Of a stretch of 63,808 nt of DNA, positions 50,142 through 61,209 are shown in pieces; the stretch's first letter is position 1, and each line of letters begins with the position of its first letter. The stretch comes from an uncultured Clostridia bacterium (GTDB lineage Bacteria; Bacillota; Clostridia; TANB77; CAG-508): positions 1 through 63,808 of the forward strand of contig CALXVH010000006.1 in the NCBI GenBank assembly GCA_944391965.1, in the 5' to 3' direction. Made by a program: the position numbers and the translations under genes. The notes beneath the pieces were generated by a model that saw only the letters and a list, made by a program, of their open reading frames with translations, made no database searches and was not told where the DNA came from.

Positions 50142-53100
50142 CTATTCTCCTACATATGTTTCATTTTCTGGTACAAACGCACTCAATCCAAACTTAACAT
50201 ATTGTGTAAATTCTGGTGCAAACCACAAACTTTTTCTTAAACCATTAATTTGATTGTTCTTTTTATCTTGTTTATTTAATGTTTCATAATACATAATATA
50301 ATATTGCTCTGCAATTCGTGCTTCCATACGTCCTAAATTAAACTCTATAGGAATTAGATCTAAGTTTTCTCTATATTTATTATGTTTGTGTCTCCATTCA
50401 GTCTTTTTTAAATCAGTAGTTCTGCCCACGTATTGTACTCTTTCATTTTTGTCCTTTAAAACATATATATAATTTGCTTTTTGATTTTTATTTGCATTAG
50501 AAACAGCTTTTTTCACTCCTGAAGTTACACTAGAAGCTACACTTCCAACACCATCTACTATTGAAGAAACTACTCCCGTATTTGATTTATTACTAAATGC
50601 AGATATAACTAAAGCAGCAATGCCTATTACAAGACCTACTATAGCTATAGAAATGTTTCCTGAAGAATCAATTTGATTAATTGGATTATTATTACAATAT
50701 ATATATGTATTATGTTCTAAAATTCCACCACTATTTGCTAGTAAATCATCTGCATTTATAAATCTCCCTATTTCTGGATCATAATACCTACTTTGTAAAT
50801 AATATAATCCTGTTTCTGTATCATACCTATATCCTCTGTATCTATAAGGATTCTTATACCCTATACTATTTTTGTCATTAGTTACATCATTTCCTTGACT
50901 ATCTTCTATTTTTATTAAATTTCCCCAGGTATCATATTCATAAGATATTACTTTTTCTAATTTATCATTTAATATTCCAATTATATCATTTTGTCCATTC
51001 TTTATATAGTAATATTGCTCATCATTATATTTAAAACCTATAAGTTCATTGTTTTCATCATATTCATAGTATAATATATCTTCTCCTTGTATTTCTAATA
51101 TTACAATATTATCATCTAATAAATATTCTGTTTTTATTCCATTTACAATTTTTTCAGTTCTTATTCTGTCATCATTATATTTATAACTGATATTTAGATT
51201 TTTATCATTATTTACTAAGGTTGAAAGTTCTCTTCCATTTTGCCATGTATATTCATTTCCATTATAAGAAATTATATTACCAACAGCATCATAAGATATT
51301 TCCTTTCCATCGTAAGATGTTAACTGCTCTTTCCAATTTGCATTATTATATATATATTCAATGATCTTTGTAGGTTGTATTGTAATTTCTTGTTCTGTAT
51401 AGTCATATTCTTTTTTATTTAGTAAATTTCCTCCTCCATCATATTCATATGTAATTGTTTTGTTTTGTTCTTTATTGTTTTCTCTTATTAATTGATTTAG
51501 TTCATCATAATAATATTTTACCATCATATTATTCCCATTGTAAATTTCGGTTATATTGCCTAATTCATCATAAGTATATCTTATTTCATCTTCATTTCCA
51601 TTTTTTATTGATTCTAATAGTGTTGTAGTCCTATTGGCTTCTTCTGCATTAACATATTTAAATTCTGTTTTATATGTTCCCTCATCATTATTTAAATTTT
51701 TACTTGTTATTCTTAATAATCTGTCATAACTGCTTGTCTGAATAGTATCATCAAATGATAAGCTATTTAAATTATTATCACCATCAAAATTATAACTTAT
51801 AGTATAGTCACTATTGTCATAACTATATTTTACTTGATTAATATTATTATTTAAATCATATCCATAATTTATCTTAAAATTATTACTATAATCTATACTG
51901 GTGACTCTGTCTGCTAGGTCATATGTATAATTAGTTGTAACTCCAATTGAATTATCTGTAACTGTCTTTAAATTAGACCTTGAATCATATACATATTCAA
52001 TATTTCCAGTTATTTTTTCTTTTTTTACAACTCTATTAAATCTGTCATATTGATATTTAACATTCTGACTATTTCCATATATTATTTCTTCTATATTACC
52101 ATTTTTTGCCCCGTATTTCGTTGTTTTCATTAATTGATTTCCAATATATATATCCTTAACATTTCCAAATCCATCATAATTATAAGAATATTGTGTTCCA
52201 TTATGAGTAATAGTTTTTATATTGTCATTTTCATATGTATATGCATTACTATATTCTTTTTCTCCAACTTGTCTAGTTATTTTTTGTAAATTATCGGTTT
52301 TACTATCGTATTCATAATTTGTTGTATTTCCTTTTGCATCAATTTCTTTTAATGTTAATCCTCTATTACTATCATATTCAAAGTGACTCTCATTCCCTAA
52401 CTGGTCTTTCATACTAGTTAAATATCTTCCGTCTTCTGAATATTCGCCTGTTGTCTTTATATATTTTCTTTCTTCTGATGGAATAACTTCTTCTAAATAA
52501 AACTTTTGAGCATCAAAATTATTTATTTCCCAACTCCAAATGTTTCCCCCATCTTCAGTTGAAGCACCTTCTACATCTAGACATCTTTTTCCATATGTAA
52601 GCCTCGATCTAATACTGTAACTTCCATCTCCTGTTGGTACAAATTCAAATTCTTGAGCTATATTTGGTTCACTGCTATTATTATAAATCTTTACATTTGT
52701 ACCTTTTTCTTCATTCATATTATCTATGTCTATTGCATAATTAATATCATTAGCAGACAAAATTTTATAATACCCATTTGTCAACCTTTTTAATTTCCAC
52801 TTTTGTGTATCTAATTCATTAGAATCTTGTTGTTCTACATTTGTTCCATTTATTCCTATGTATTTATTACTGTGTTTAGCTTTTATTTTATATGTACTTC
52901 CAGCATCAATATCAAACATATCCACTTTTTCTAAATAAAATTTCTGACTTTCTTGATTTGTTATATCATAAATTTCACACTTTCCTCCGACTTCTTTCGA
53001 AGCATTCTGTATTGTTAAACATCTATTTCCGTTTTCTAATTTAGTTTTTATAGTAAAAGTTCCATCACTATTTTTATATATTTGCCAGTTTTGAGCTTGA

Positions 53101-56100
53101 TTATTTTCTCCATTTTCATATAACTGTAATAAATTATTATTACTATTTATACCATTTGTAACATCTAATACTTTACCTTCATTACTTGCTAAATTAACTA
53201 CTTTATAAACGCTATCAGAAATTCTAACAATTCTCCATAATTGCCTTTTCTCATTAGCCTTATATTCTTGTTGTGTCACTTCTGACCAATTTGAATTATA
53301 ATCTCCGGAAGCTTCTACATATAAACTACTATTTTTTGCTTTTAATCTATATACTTCTCCTGATTCAATTATCTCTTTGTCTACTAAAGGATAATTACCA
53401 TTCACATCATATAACCTTAGTTTTTGAGTAGATTTACCTTCCCACTTAGCTAATATTATATCCGTTCCATCTGCCGCTGTATCTTCTTTTAACGTAATAC
53501 AATAATCATTACCTTTAGCTTTACTAACAATTCTTATCGTTCCATCACCATTATCTATGGCTTTCCAAAGTTGGTTATCACCCAAATGTTTTTCGTATTG
53601 CTGAATATTTACTTTATTTACATCTACATCAATAACTTTATTAGAATGCTTAGCAGTCAAGAAATAATATCCATCTTTATCACTTTCTGCTATAAATTCT
53701 TTATTTGCATATCCTTCTACGTATTCCCACTGTTGTATAGCCACTCCGTTTCCTGTTTCTACACTTCTTACGTCAAAAACATTATTATTGCTTGCAAATT
53801 GAATATTATATGTTTTTCCATTTTCTAGCATAGTTGCCTTATTAGTTTCTTCTACTTTAGATTCAACTACATTACCATAGTTATTGTATTTATAACTATA
53901 CTTTTGTCCAGAATTATTATATGCTTTATTCAATCTATTTCTATCATTAAAATCATACTCATATGTAAATTTGCCACCCTTTGCATTTAATGATGTAGCA
54001 ATTTTTCCATTTGAACTATAATTATATGTACTATCTTGTTTTGCTTTATCCACAGTGGATACTATATTACCATTACTATCATATTGATAACTTGTTCCTT
54101 TATCATCTTTGAATAATCCAATATTATCCCAGAATGTATCATTTGCACCATAATTATTAATCAAATGAATATCTATAGATTTGTAGTCACTATCAGCTAT
54201 AAGTTCTTTTGACATATATTGCCAATGAGGGGTATCTGTATTTACAAAAGAATCAAACCATTGAGTAGTATTATCATTCCTATTTATTGCAACTGTTACT
54301 CTTACACTTTTTCCTCCTGTACCTTCTTCTTGTAATCCTAATGATTTTACCCAATATGATAGATTATATACATCACCTTTTTTCCCCGAAATGTTTACAG
54401 ATTGAAATAATTTTCTTTCATCATATGCAGTTCCCCAAGTTTTATATACATTATTATTATCAACATTAATAACACAATCATTACCGTCAACATAAGCAAT
54501 TTTACTCCAATTGTCTAAACCATTATCAAAATATGGATTTTGTATCAAATTTCCAGGAGTTTCCCTAACTGATATTAAATTTGATTCTAATAATAATTTG
54601 TTTTTTGTTGTTCCTTCATTTCCATATTCATACATCTTACCATAAGCATTGTTTACATTATTTCCTTCTTTTCCAAAATCTCCTATACTTATATTTTTCC
54701 CTGAATTATTAAATGTATAAACATTTGTATAACCTTCTTCATTAGTAAACTTCGTTGTATTATTTTCATAGTTAATTTCTAATGAAGCTCCTTCTTCATT
54801 ATTATTTCCATATTGTTTTATGTTCTTTACTCTATTTACTTTTTGCCTATAATAATCATATAAAAAATATGAATTGTCTATGTTTTGTGCTTTTGTTAAT
54901 AAATTCAAATAATCATATTCATACCAAGAGCTCTTTCCATCTGGATATTTTATTTGAACCAAATTTCCATTTCCATTATAAAAATATTCTGTTCTTCTTC
55001 CATCTAAATCTTTAATTGCTGTAAGTTTACCATTATTATATTCTAAGTATAAAGTCGCCCACGATGCATCTATTACTGAAGTTATATTTCCGCTTCCATC
55101 AAAATTAATGGTTATTTTTTCCTTATTAGCATCTTCAATTTCATATAATTGCCACCTATCATTTATTTTTCTGAAACGTTGTGATGTTCCTAAATTATCC
55201 ACCATAGTAAAAACATCATTTTCTAGTGTTAATCTTAAATTTAAATTGTCTTCATCTAAATATGTATTATTTGATTTTTTAAAATAATGCTCTGTACCAT
55301 CTTCATCTAAAAATCTAGCATATTCGGTATTATTAATATTAACCAAATTAATCTGCTGTTTATAGTTTAGTTTGAATCCCTTACCAACTTCTGAATCATC
55401 ATTTCTGTTGTTAGTATTATAAATATGAGAAATACTTGCGGTAAGCCTTTCTCCTGGTGTATTTACATCATTGTGTGATAGTGTTACATTTCCATTATAG
55501 TCATTTGTATTTACCGTTCCTGCTCTTCCTATATCTTGTGCATGATAACTCATATTACTCTCTAATCCAGTTTGATTTCTGTATACAATCTGTATCATAG
55601 GTCTTCCTTGCATATATGCCGAATGAGTATTTGCAGACACAAAGTATGCATCTGATTGATTATAATTGTATGTTTCTATATTGTCTTTTAACATAATTCC
55701 ATAATTGTTTCCATTTATATACCAATCTTTTACTATTGATGTTATATTAAAATAATTATATTTAAATGGTGAATTTTCATCATATTTATATTTTATGTAA
55801 TCGGTTATATGAGGATCATAATTATTATTGCAATTATCCCAAGAAGCCCATTCTTCTTGCCAATCTGCAGTCATCTTATGTACATTTATTTGCATTTCAT
55901 TTTTTGATGGTGTCCATTCTTCTGTATCTGGATAGTTACAAATATCTAACATTGCTGCTACTACTTGATCTCCAGCCCTTAATTCTGGCAAATTAAACTT
56001 TATTAATCCTCTTGGTGCATTTTTTAACCTATTATTACTTCCAATCCTTATTATGTGTGCTTTATGTCTATTAGGGGTTCTCGAATCCCCTTTAAATATA

Positions 56101-57272
56101 TACGTATCTTGAATATCGCTATAATCTAACGAAGTATTTATTGTTGGATCTATAATTATTGGAAATTCCCTTTCTTTATCTTCTAACCACTCCATGTTTG
56201 GAATAATTTCAACTAAATATCCATCTCCTTCTTCCTTTAAATTTACTTGAATAGCATTAGACTGCTCTAATTTATTATCAAACATATATGGAGCTTCTAT
56301 TTTATATATTAACTCATTTGTATTTTTATCTTTTACTAATATTTCTTTATTCTCGTTTAATGACATTTTTAAATTATTAGTTTGATATTTAAATACATAT
56401 TTTTCATTAATAGCTTCTTTGTTTTTTATAATTATACTTTCTTTTACAGATTCAGATGTATTAGAATATACTAAATCTGTATCTTCTATAATATTTTCAT
56501 ATTGAATCTCAGAAAAAACTTTTTCTTGATTTATAATTTCTATATTTTTTTCATTTCTACTATTATATAATTCATTTAATTTATTGCTATTTTTTTCGAT
56601 ATTTTTATCTTGATTATTAATTTTTGCTTGTATTTTATTTATTTTACCTATCTCTTTATCAATTTCATAATCATTCTTCATGATATTATTTTCAGTATTA
56701 ATTTTATTTTCTAATAAACTATTACTCATTAACTCCCTATCATTTAGGCTATCCCCATTTTCTATATTATCTTCTTCAGTATTTTTTTCATTTTCCACTA
56801 TCTGCCACTTAAGCTCATAATTTTCTTTTTTTATTGTTGCAATTTCAGAATTCTTTGATATTGATTTTGCATATTCAATACTATATGGACCTTCTCTATT
56901 TTGTATTTTTTCATTGTTTTCAATTAAACTATTGTCTATCTCTTCTAATTTTCCATTCTTTTCATAGTGTATATTTGTTGAATACATCGTAACCATCTTA
57001 CTTCCATCACTCATCAAAAATGTTTTCTCATTTAATGTTCTTTTTGATACATCTTCTCCTAATATTTCTCTTGTGGTTACTTTGTCCGCCTCTCTTTTGT
57101 TTTCTCTTTCGTTTAATTCCTCTGTACTTAATTTTGAACTACTTTTAGCTTGACCAAAATTAAAACTTATAGCATTTACAAAGCTATTATTTGATGTAAC
57201 AGTTACAGTAATTATTAGTAAGATTGCTATTATTTTAATCTTAATCCATTTTGCTTTTTCACTTCCTTTCAT
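50142..57272 (-). CDS. Secreted RHS/YD-repeat polymorphic toxin (WapA-like) with DNRLRE-type domain, ricin-B lectin repeats and GIY-YIG-like C-terminal toxin
   Basis: Signal peptide; FPIIIDPT/DTYI module; QxW repeats; YD repeats; core NPYRYRGYRYDTETGLYYLQSRYYDP; NPINQIDSSG; tip YIYVLKD...YVGRT...R..E...N. Confidence 0.92.
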   Translation of the reverse strand: MKGSEKAKWIKIKIIAILLIITVTVTSNNSFVNAISFNFGQAKSSSKLSTEELNERENKREADKVTTREILGEDVSKRTLNEKTFLMSDGSKMVTMYSTNIHYEKNGKLEEIDNSLIENNEKIQNREGPYSIEYAKSISKNSEIATIKKENYELKWQIVENEKNTEEDNIENGDSLNDRELMSNSLLENKINTENNIMKNDYEIDKEIGKINKIQAKINNQDKNIEKNSNKLNELYNSRNEKNIEIINQEKVFSEIQYENIIEDTDLVYSNTSESVKESIIIKNKEAINEKYVFKYQTNNLKMSLNENKEILVKDKNTNELIYKIEAPYMFDNKLEQSNAIQVNLKEEGDGYLVEIIPNMEWLEDKEREFPIIIDPTINTSLDYSDIQDTYIFKGDSRTPNRHKAHIIRIGSNNRLKNAPRGLIKFNLPELRAGDQVVAAMLDICNYPDTEEWTPSKNEMQINVHKMTADWQEEWASWDNCNNNYDPHITDYIKYKYDENSPFKYNYFNITSIVKDWYINGNNYGIMLKDNIETYNYNQSDAYFVSANTHSAYMQGRPMIQIVYRNQTGLESNMSYHAQDIGRAGTVNTNDYNGNVTLSHNDVNTPGERLTASISHIYNTNNRNDDSEVGKGFKLNYKQQINLVNINNTEYARFLDEDGTEHYFKKSNNTYLDEDNLNLRLTLENDVFTMVDNLGTSQRFRKINDRWQLYEIEDANKEKITINFDGSGNITSVIDASWATLYLEYNNGKLTAIKDLDGRRTEYFYNGNGNLVQIKYPDGKSSWYEYDYLNLLTKAQNIDNSYFLYDYYRQKVNRVKNIKQYGNNNEEGASLEINYENNTTKFTNEEGYTNVYTFNNSGKNISIGDFGKEGNNVNNAYGKMYEYGNEGTTKNKLLLESNLISVRETPGNLIQNPYFDNGLDNWSKIAYVDGNDCVINVDNNNVYKTWGTAYDERKLFQSVNISGKKGDVYNLSYWVKSLGLQEEGTGGKSVRVTVAINRNDNTTQWFDSFVNTDTPHWQYMSKELIADSDYKSIDIHLINNYGANDTFWDNIGLFKDDKGTSYQYDSNGNIVSTVDKAKQDSTYNYSSNGKIATSLNAKGGKFTYEYDFNDRNRLNKAYNNSGQKYSYKYNNYGNVVESKVEETNKATMLENGKTYNIQFASNNNVFDVRSVETGNGVAIQQWEYVEGYANKEFIAESDKDGYYFLTAKHSNKVIDVDVNKVNIQQYEKHLGDNQLWKAIDNGDGTIRIVSKAKGNDYCITLKEDTAADGTDIILAKWEGKSTQKLRLYDVNGNYPLVDKEIIESGEVYRLKAKNSSLYVEASGDYNSNWSEVTQQEYKANEKRQLWRIVRISDSVYKVVNLASNEGKVLDVTNGINSNNNLLQLYENGENNQAQNWQIYKNSDGTFTIKTKLENGNRCLTIQNASKEVGGKCEIYDITNQESQKFYLEKVDMFDIDAGSTYKIKAKHSNKYIGINGTNVEQQDSNELDTQKWKLKRLTNGYYKILSANDINYAIDIDNMNEEKGTNVKIYNNSSEPNIAQEFEFVPTGDGSYSIRSRLTYGKRCLDVEGASTEDGGNIWSWEINNFDAQKFYLEEVIPSEERKYIKTTGEYSEDGRYLTSMKDQLGNESHFEYDSNRGLTLKEIDAKGNTTNYEYDSKTDNLQKITRQVGEKEYSNAYTYENDNIKTITHNGTQYSYNYDGFGNVKDIYIGNQLMKTTKYGAKNGNIEEIIYGNSQNVKYQYDRFNRVVKKEKITGNIEYVYDSRSNLKTVTDNSIGVTTNYTYDLADRVTSIDYSNNFKINYGYDLNNNINQVKYSYDNSDYTISYNFDGDNNLNSLSFDDTIQTSSYDRLLRITSKNLNNDEGTYKTEFKYVNAEEANRTTTLLESIKNGNEDEIRYTYDELGNITEIYNGNNMMVKYYYDELNQLIRENNKEQNKTITYEYDGGGNLLNKKEYDYTEQEITIQPTKIIEYIYNNANWKEQLTSYDGKEISYDAVGNIISYNGNEYTWQNGRELSTLVNNDKNLNISYKYNDDRIRTEKIVNGIKTEYLLDDNIVILEIQGEDILYYEYDENNELIGFKYNDEQYYYIKNGQNDIIGILNDKLEKVISYEYDTWGNLIKIEDSQGNDVTNDKNSIGYKNPYRYRGYRYDTETGLYYLQSRYYDPEIGRFINADDLLANSGGILEHNTYIYCNNNPINQIDSSGNISIAIVGLVIGIAALVISAFSNKSNTGVVSSIVDGVGSVASSVTSGVKKAVSNANKNQKANYIYVLKDKNERVQYVGRTTDLKKTEWRHKHNKYRENLDLIPIEFNLGRMEARIAEQYYIMYYETLNKQDKKNNQINGLRKSLWFAPEFTQYVKFGLSAFVPENETYVGE

Positions 57273-57327
57273 AGTATTACTCCTCCTTTTAATTTATTTA
57301 AAAAGGCAAAAATGTCTTCTTATCATG

Positions 57328-57361
57328 AAAAAACTCGCCAATGTCTTTCACATTAGCGAGT
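57328..57361 (-). terminator. Intrinsic terminator within the RHS gene leader
   Basis: Minus strand actcgctaatgt-gaaag-acattggcgagt followed by a T run, about 55 nt upstream of the RHS start. Confidence 0.7.
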
Positions 57362-57579
57362 CGCACAATAATAAAATGTAGTTTTTTCCTACATTGTTAT
57401 TAAATTTACAATTCTTTAATATCCCCTTAATTTTCATATATTTTCCCTTTATTTCAAATAAATTAATTCATTTTATATATATCATATTTCTACATTTTAA
57501 GCAATAAAATAACCAATAATAGCAAAAATAATTTTACAATTATTGGTTTTAATAAATTCACTACGTCTTCACTAAAAAA

Positions 57580-57606
57580 GGGATTTTAGGACCGTCCCCA
57601 AATCCC
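57580..57606. repeat. REP-like palindrome (copy 4)
   Basis: gggattttaggaccgtccccaaatccc, one mismatch to copy 3. Confidence 0.7.
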
Positions 57607-57635
57607 TGCTAGGAAGGCCCCAACTTCCTATCTTT

Positions 57636-58265
57636 TTATTCAACTTTTCCAAATTTATCAAATGGCCAGAATCTAAAAAGAACTATACTTTCTATCTTAT
57701 CTTGTGGAATGCAACCAAATGCCCTACAATCATGACTTTCTTGTCTATTATCTCCCATTGCAAACACAGTTCCCTCTGGTACTGTAAAATCTACTAATAA
57801 TCCGCCTTCAGCTTCTGTTTTTACACTAGAAGATAAATAATCCTCTTCTAATTCTTCCCCATTTATATATACTTTTCCATTTTGAATTTTAACATGTTCA
57901 CCTGGTAAGGCAATTACTCTTTTTATATAACTTACTTTTCCTATTTCTAATACATTATGAACAAATTTATTATCTGGTTCTTCATACCTTGCAGTTGGAG
58001 ATTCTTCAAACTCTGCCTCTGTTAAATAATCTTCAGTTGGTGCCTCAAAAGTTATAATATCTCCTCTTTCTGGTAGTTTATGAGTTAAACGTATTGTTCT
58101 ATTTAATATCAATCTTTGACCTTCTATTAATGTTGGTTTCATAGAAACAGATTGAACTTGAGTTGGTGTCATTATGTAATATCGTATCCATAGTCCTAAA
58201 ACTACCGCTATAATAATACATATTACCCACTCTAGAATATTTTTTAATTCTTCATTAATATTCAT
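57636..58265 (-). CDS. lepB: Signal peptidase I
   Basis: SM.PTL, YIKRVIALPG, GDNR..S.D.R. Confidence 0.95.
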   Translation of the reverse strand: MNINEELKNILEWVICIIIAVVLGLWIRYYIMTPTQVQSVSMKPTLIEGQRLILNRTIRLTHKLPERGDIITFEAPTEDYLTEAEFEESPTARYEEPDNKFVHNVLEIGKVSYIKRVIALPGEHVKIQNGKVYINGEELEEDYLSSSVKTEAEGGLLVDFTVPEGTVFAMGDNRQESHDCRAFGCIPQDKIESIVLFRFWPFDKFGKVE

Positions 58266-58292
58266 ATTTTAATAATTGCCTCCTAGCTTATA

Positions 58293-59531
58293 CTAGAATT
58301 GCAATGTTTCTTTAATTCTCTTCATTGCTTCTTCTGTATTTTTTCTTTCACCAAATGCTGTTAATCTAAAATATCCTTCACCACTTGGTCCAAAACCAAC
58401 ACCTGGTGTTCCTACAACATTTGCTTTCTCTAATAATAAATCAAAGAAATCCCAAGATTTCATATTGTTTGGTACTTTAAGCCATATATATGGTGAATTA
58501 ATTCCTCCATAATACTCTATACCAACTTCATCTAATCCTTCTCTTATTATTTTCGCATTTTCTAAATAATATTTAATATTTTCTCTTATTTCTTTTTGTC
58601 CTTCTTCTGAATAAACAGCTTCTGCTCCTCTTTGTGTTACATATGATACACCATTAAATTTTGTACATTGTCTTCTGTTCCACATTTTATTTAAGCTAAC
58701 TTCTTCTCCATTACTTGCTTTTACTTTTAATTCTTTTGGAACAATTGTATATGCACATCTTATTCCTGTAAAGCCAGCTGTTTTTGAAAAGCTTTTAAAT
58801 TCTATTGCAACTTCTTTTGCTCCATCAATTTCATAAATAGTATGTGGAATATCATCTTCTGTTATGAAAGCTTCATATGCAGCATCATATAAAATAATAG
58901 AGTTATTTTCTTTAGCATATTTTACCCATTTAGCTAATTCTTCTTTTGATATAACTGTTCCTGTTGGATTATTTGGGAAACATAGATATATCATATCTGG
59001 AACTTCTTTTGGAAGTTCCGGTGTAAAATTATTTTCTGCTGTGCATGGTATGTAAATAATTCCTTCATATTTTCCTGTTTCTTCGTTGTATTTACCTGTT
59101 CTTCCAGACATTATATTCGTATCTAAATATACTGGATATACTGGATCTGTTATTGCAACTTTATTATCTACATCAAATAAATCTACAATATTACCACAAT
59201 CACATTTAGCACCATCTGATACAAAAACTTCATCTGGATCTATTTTTACTCCTCTTTTTTCATAATCATATTTTACTATTGCATTTCTTAAGAAGTCATA
59301 TCCTTGCTCTGGACCATAACCCCTAAAAGTATTGCCTGCTCCTTCTTCTTCTACTGCTTTTTTCATTTGTTCCAATACTTTAGGAACTATAGGTTTTGTT
59401 ACATCTCCTATTCCTAATTTAATAATTTTTTTATCTGGATGTTCCTCCTGATATTTTGCCACTTTCTTAGCTATTGTAGAAAATAAATAGCTATCTTGCA
59501 TTTTTAAAAAATTTTCGTTAATTTTAATCAT
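58293..59531 (-). CDS. dapL: LL-diaminopimelate aminotransferase
   Basis: [41 protein letters not shown]. Confidence 0.96.
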   Translation of the reverse strand: MIKINENFLKMQDSYLFSTIAKKVAKYQEEHPDKKIIKLGIGDVTKPIVPKVLEQMKKAVEEEGAGNTFRGYGPEQGYDFLRNAIVKYDYEKRGVKIDPDEVFVSDGAKCDCGNIVDLFDVDNKVAITDPVYPVYLDTNIMSGRTGKYNEETGKYEGIIYIPCTAENNFTPELPKEVPDMIYLCFPNNPTGTVISKEELAKWVKYAKENNSIILYDAAYEAFITEDDIPHTIYEIDGAKEVAIEFKSFSKTAGFTGIRCAYTIVPKELKVKASNGEEVSLNKMWNRRQCTKFNGVSYVTQRGAEAVYSEEGQKEIRENIKYYLENAKIIREGLDEVGIEYYGGINSPYIWLKVPNNMKSWDFFDLLLEKANVVGTPGVGFGPSGEGYFRLTAFGERKNTEEAMKRIKETLQF

Positions 59532-59673
59532 TTTTTGCCTCCTAAGAGTCTTTAATTACAGAATTTCTAGTTAGAAATTTCTCTTATTATTTTATATTAT
59601 TTATATGTTTTATTGTCAATAGTATGTACAAAAAAAATAAAAGAGTATATAATTGCTGCAAGAGGTGAAACAA

Positions 59674-61173
59674 ATGAAGATTAAAGAAATTTTTAATAAT
59701 GTAAACATAATTGAATCTGTTGGTAACTTAGATACAGAAATTAATAATATTTCTTCAGATTCAAGAGTTATAGAAAAAAATGATATGTTTTTTGCAATAA
59801 AAGGATATGATTTAGATGGAACTAAATTTATAAATAGTGCTGTTCAAAATGGTGCGTCTGCTATTGTTATTGATGAAACATGCAATATTGCAGATTATGA
59901 AGTACCAGAAAGTGTAACAATACTTAAAGTAGACAATATTCGTCGTACACTTGCAGTAGCTAGTTGTAATTTATATGATAATCCATCAAAGAAATTAAAA
60001 CTTATAGGTGTTACTGGAACAAAAGGAAAAACTACATCTACTTATATGATTAAATCTATACTTCAAAAACACGGACTTAAAGTTGGATTAATTGGAAGTA
60101 TAGCTATATATATTAATGATGAAAAAATCGAAGATTGTGACAGAACAACTGCAGAAAGCTATAAAATCCAAAAGACTTTAGCTATGATGGTTAAAGAAAA
60201 CGTTGACATAGTTGTTTTAGAAGTATCTTCACAAGCAATGAAATTAGATAGAGTTGTTGGTTGTGAATTCGATTCAGTTCTATTCACAAATCTTTCTGAG
60301 GATCATATAAGTCCAAAAGAACACAAAGATATGGAAGACTATTTCGAAGCTAAGCTTTCTTTAGCTAAAATGGCTCCATTTGTAGTGTTTAATTTAGATA
60401 ATGAATATACAGCTAGAATTCCAAATCTTTTACCAGATAAAGAATTAAGAAGTTTCGCAATGGATACTAAAGCTGATGTAATGGCAAAAGATTTAAATTT
60501 AAGTAATACTGGTGTTGATTTTACACTTTGTATGAATGATAAAGAATTTCCTGTAAGAGTTTCTATACCAGGAAAATATATGGTATATAACTGTTTAGGA
60601 GCTATTGGCATTTCTACTTATTTTGGAGCTCATGTTAAAGATATTCAAGAAGCTTTAAAAGATATTAAAGTATTTGGTAGAAGTGAGGTTGTTCCTAACA
60701 AATTAGGTCTAAAAATATTAATAGACTATGCTCATACCCCATCTAGCCTACAATCTATTCTAGAAACTGTTAAACCTTACACTAAAGGTAGAGTTATTTG
60801 TACTTGGGGTGTTGGTGGAGATAGAGATTCTAAAAAACGTCCTATAATGGGAGAAATTTCTGGTAATCTAGCAGATTTAACAATACTTACTTCTGACCAA
60901 GTTCGTACAGAAGATCCTAATAAAATTTTAGATGATATCGAAGTTGGACTTAAAAAATCTGGTGGTGAATATGTACGTATTTTAAATAGAACTGAAGCTA
61001 TAAAATATGCTTTATCAATCGCAACTCCAGATGACATTATTGTACTACCTGGACTTGGAAGTGATTTATATATTGAATATATGCATGTTAAATACCCATA
61101 TGACGAAAGAGTTGTTATTCATGATGCTATAGAAGAAATGATTGCTTCTGGCGAAAGAAAACCAGTAGAATAA
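59674..61173 (+). CDS. murE: UDP-MurNAc-tripeptide synthetase (MurE-like, atypical specificity motif)
   Basis: DSR, GVTGTKGKTT, EVSS, TNLSEDH, DYAHTP, GGDRD; DQVR in place of DNPR. Confidence 0.88.
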   Translation: MKIKEIFNNVNIIESVGNLDTEINNISSDSRVIEKNDMFFAIKGYDLDGTKFINSAVQNGASAIVIDETCNIADYEVPESVTILKVDNIRRTLAVASCNLYDNPSKKLKLIGVTGTKGKTTSTYMIKSILQKHGLKVGLIGSIAIYINDEKIEDCDRTTAESYKIQKTLAMMVKENVDIVVLEVSSQAMKLDRVVGCEFDSVLFTNLSEDHISPKEHKDMEDYFEAKLSLAKMAPFVVFNLDNEYTARIPNLLPDKELRSFAMDTKADVMAKDLNLSNTGVDFTLCMNDKEFPVRVSIPGKYMVYNCLGAIGISTYFGAHVKDIQEALKDIKVFGRSEVVPNKLGLKILIDYAHTPSSLQSILETVKPYTKGRVICTWGVGGDRDSKKRPIMGEISGNLADLTILTSDQVRTEDPNKILDDIEVGLKKSGGEYVRILNRTEAIKYALSIATPDDIIVLPGLGSDLYIEYMHVKYPYDERVVIHDAIEEMIASGERKPVE

Positions 61174-61180
61174 AAAAATT

Positions 61181-61204
61181 AAGCTGCACTTTTTAGTGCA
61201 GCTT
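61181..61204. terminator. Bidirectional terminator
   Basis: aagctgcact-tttt-agtgcagctt. Confidence 0.8.
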
Positions 61205-61209
61205 TTGAA

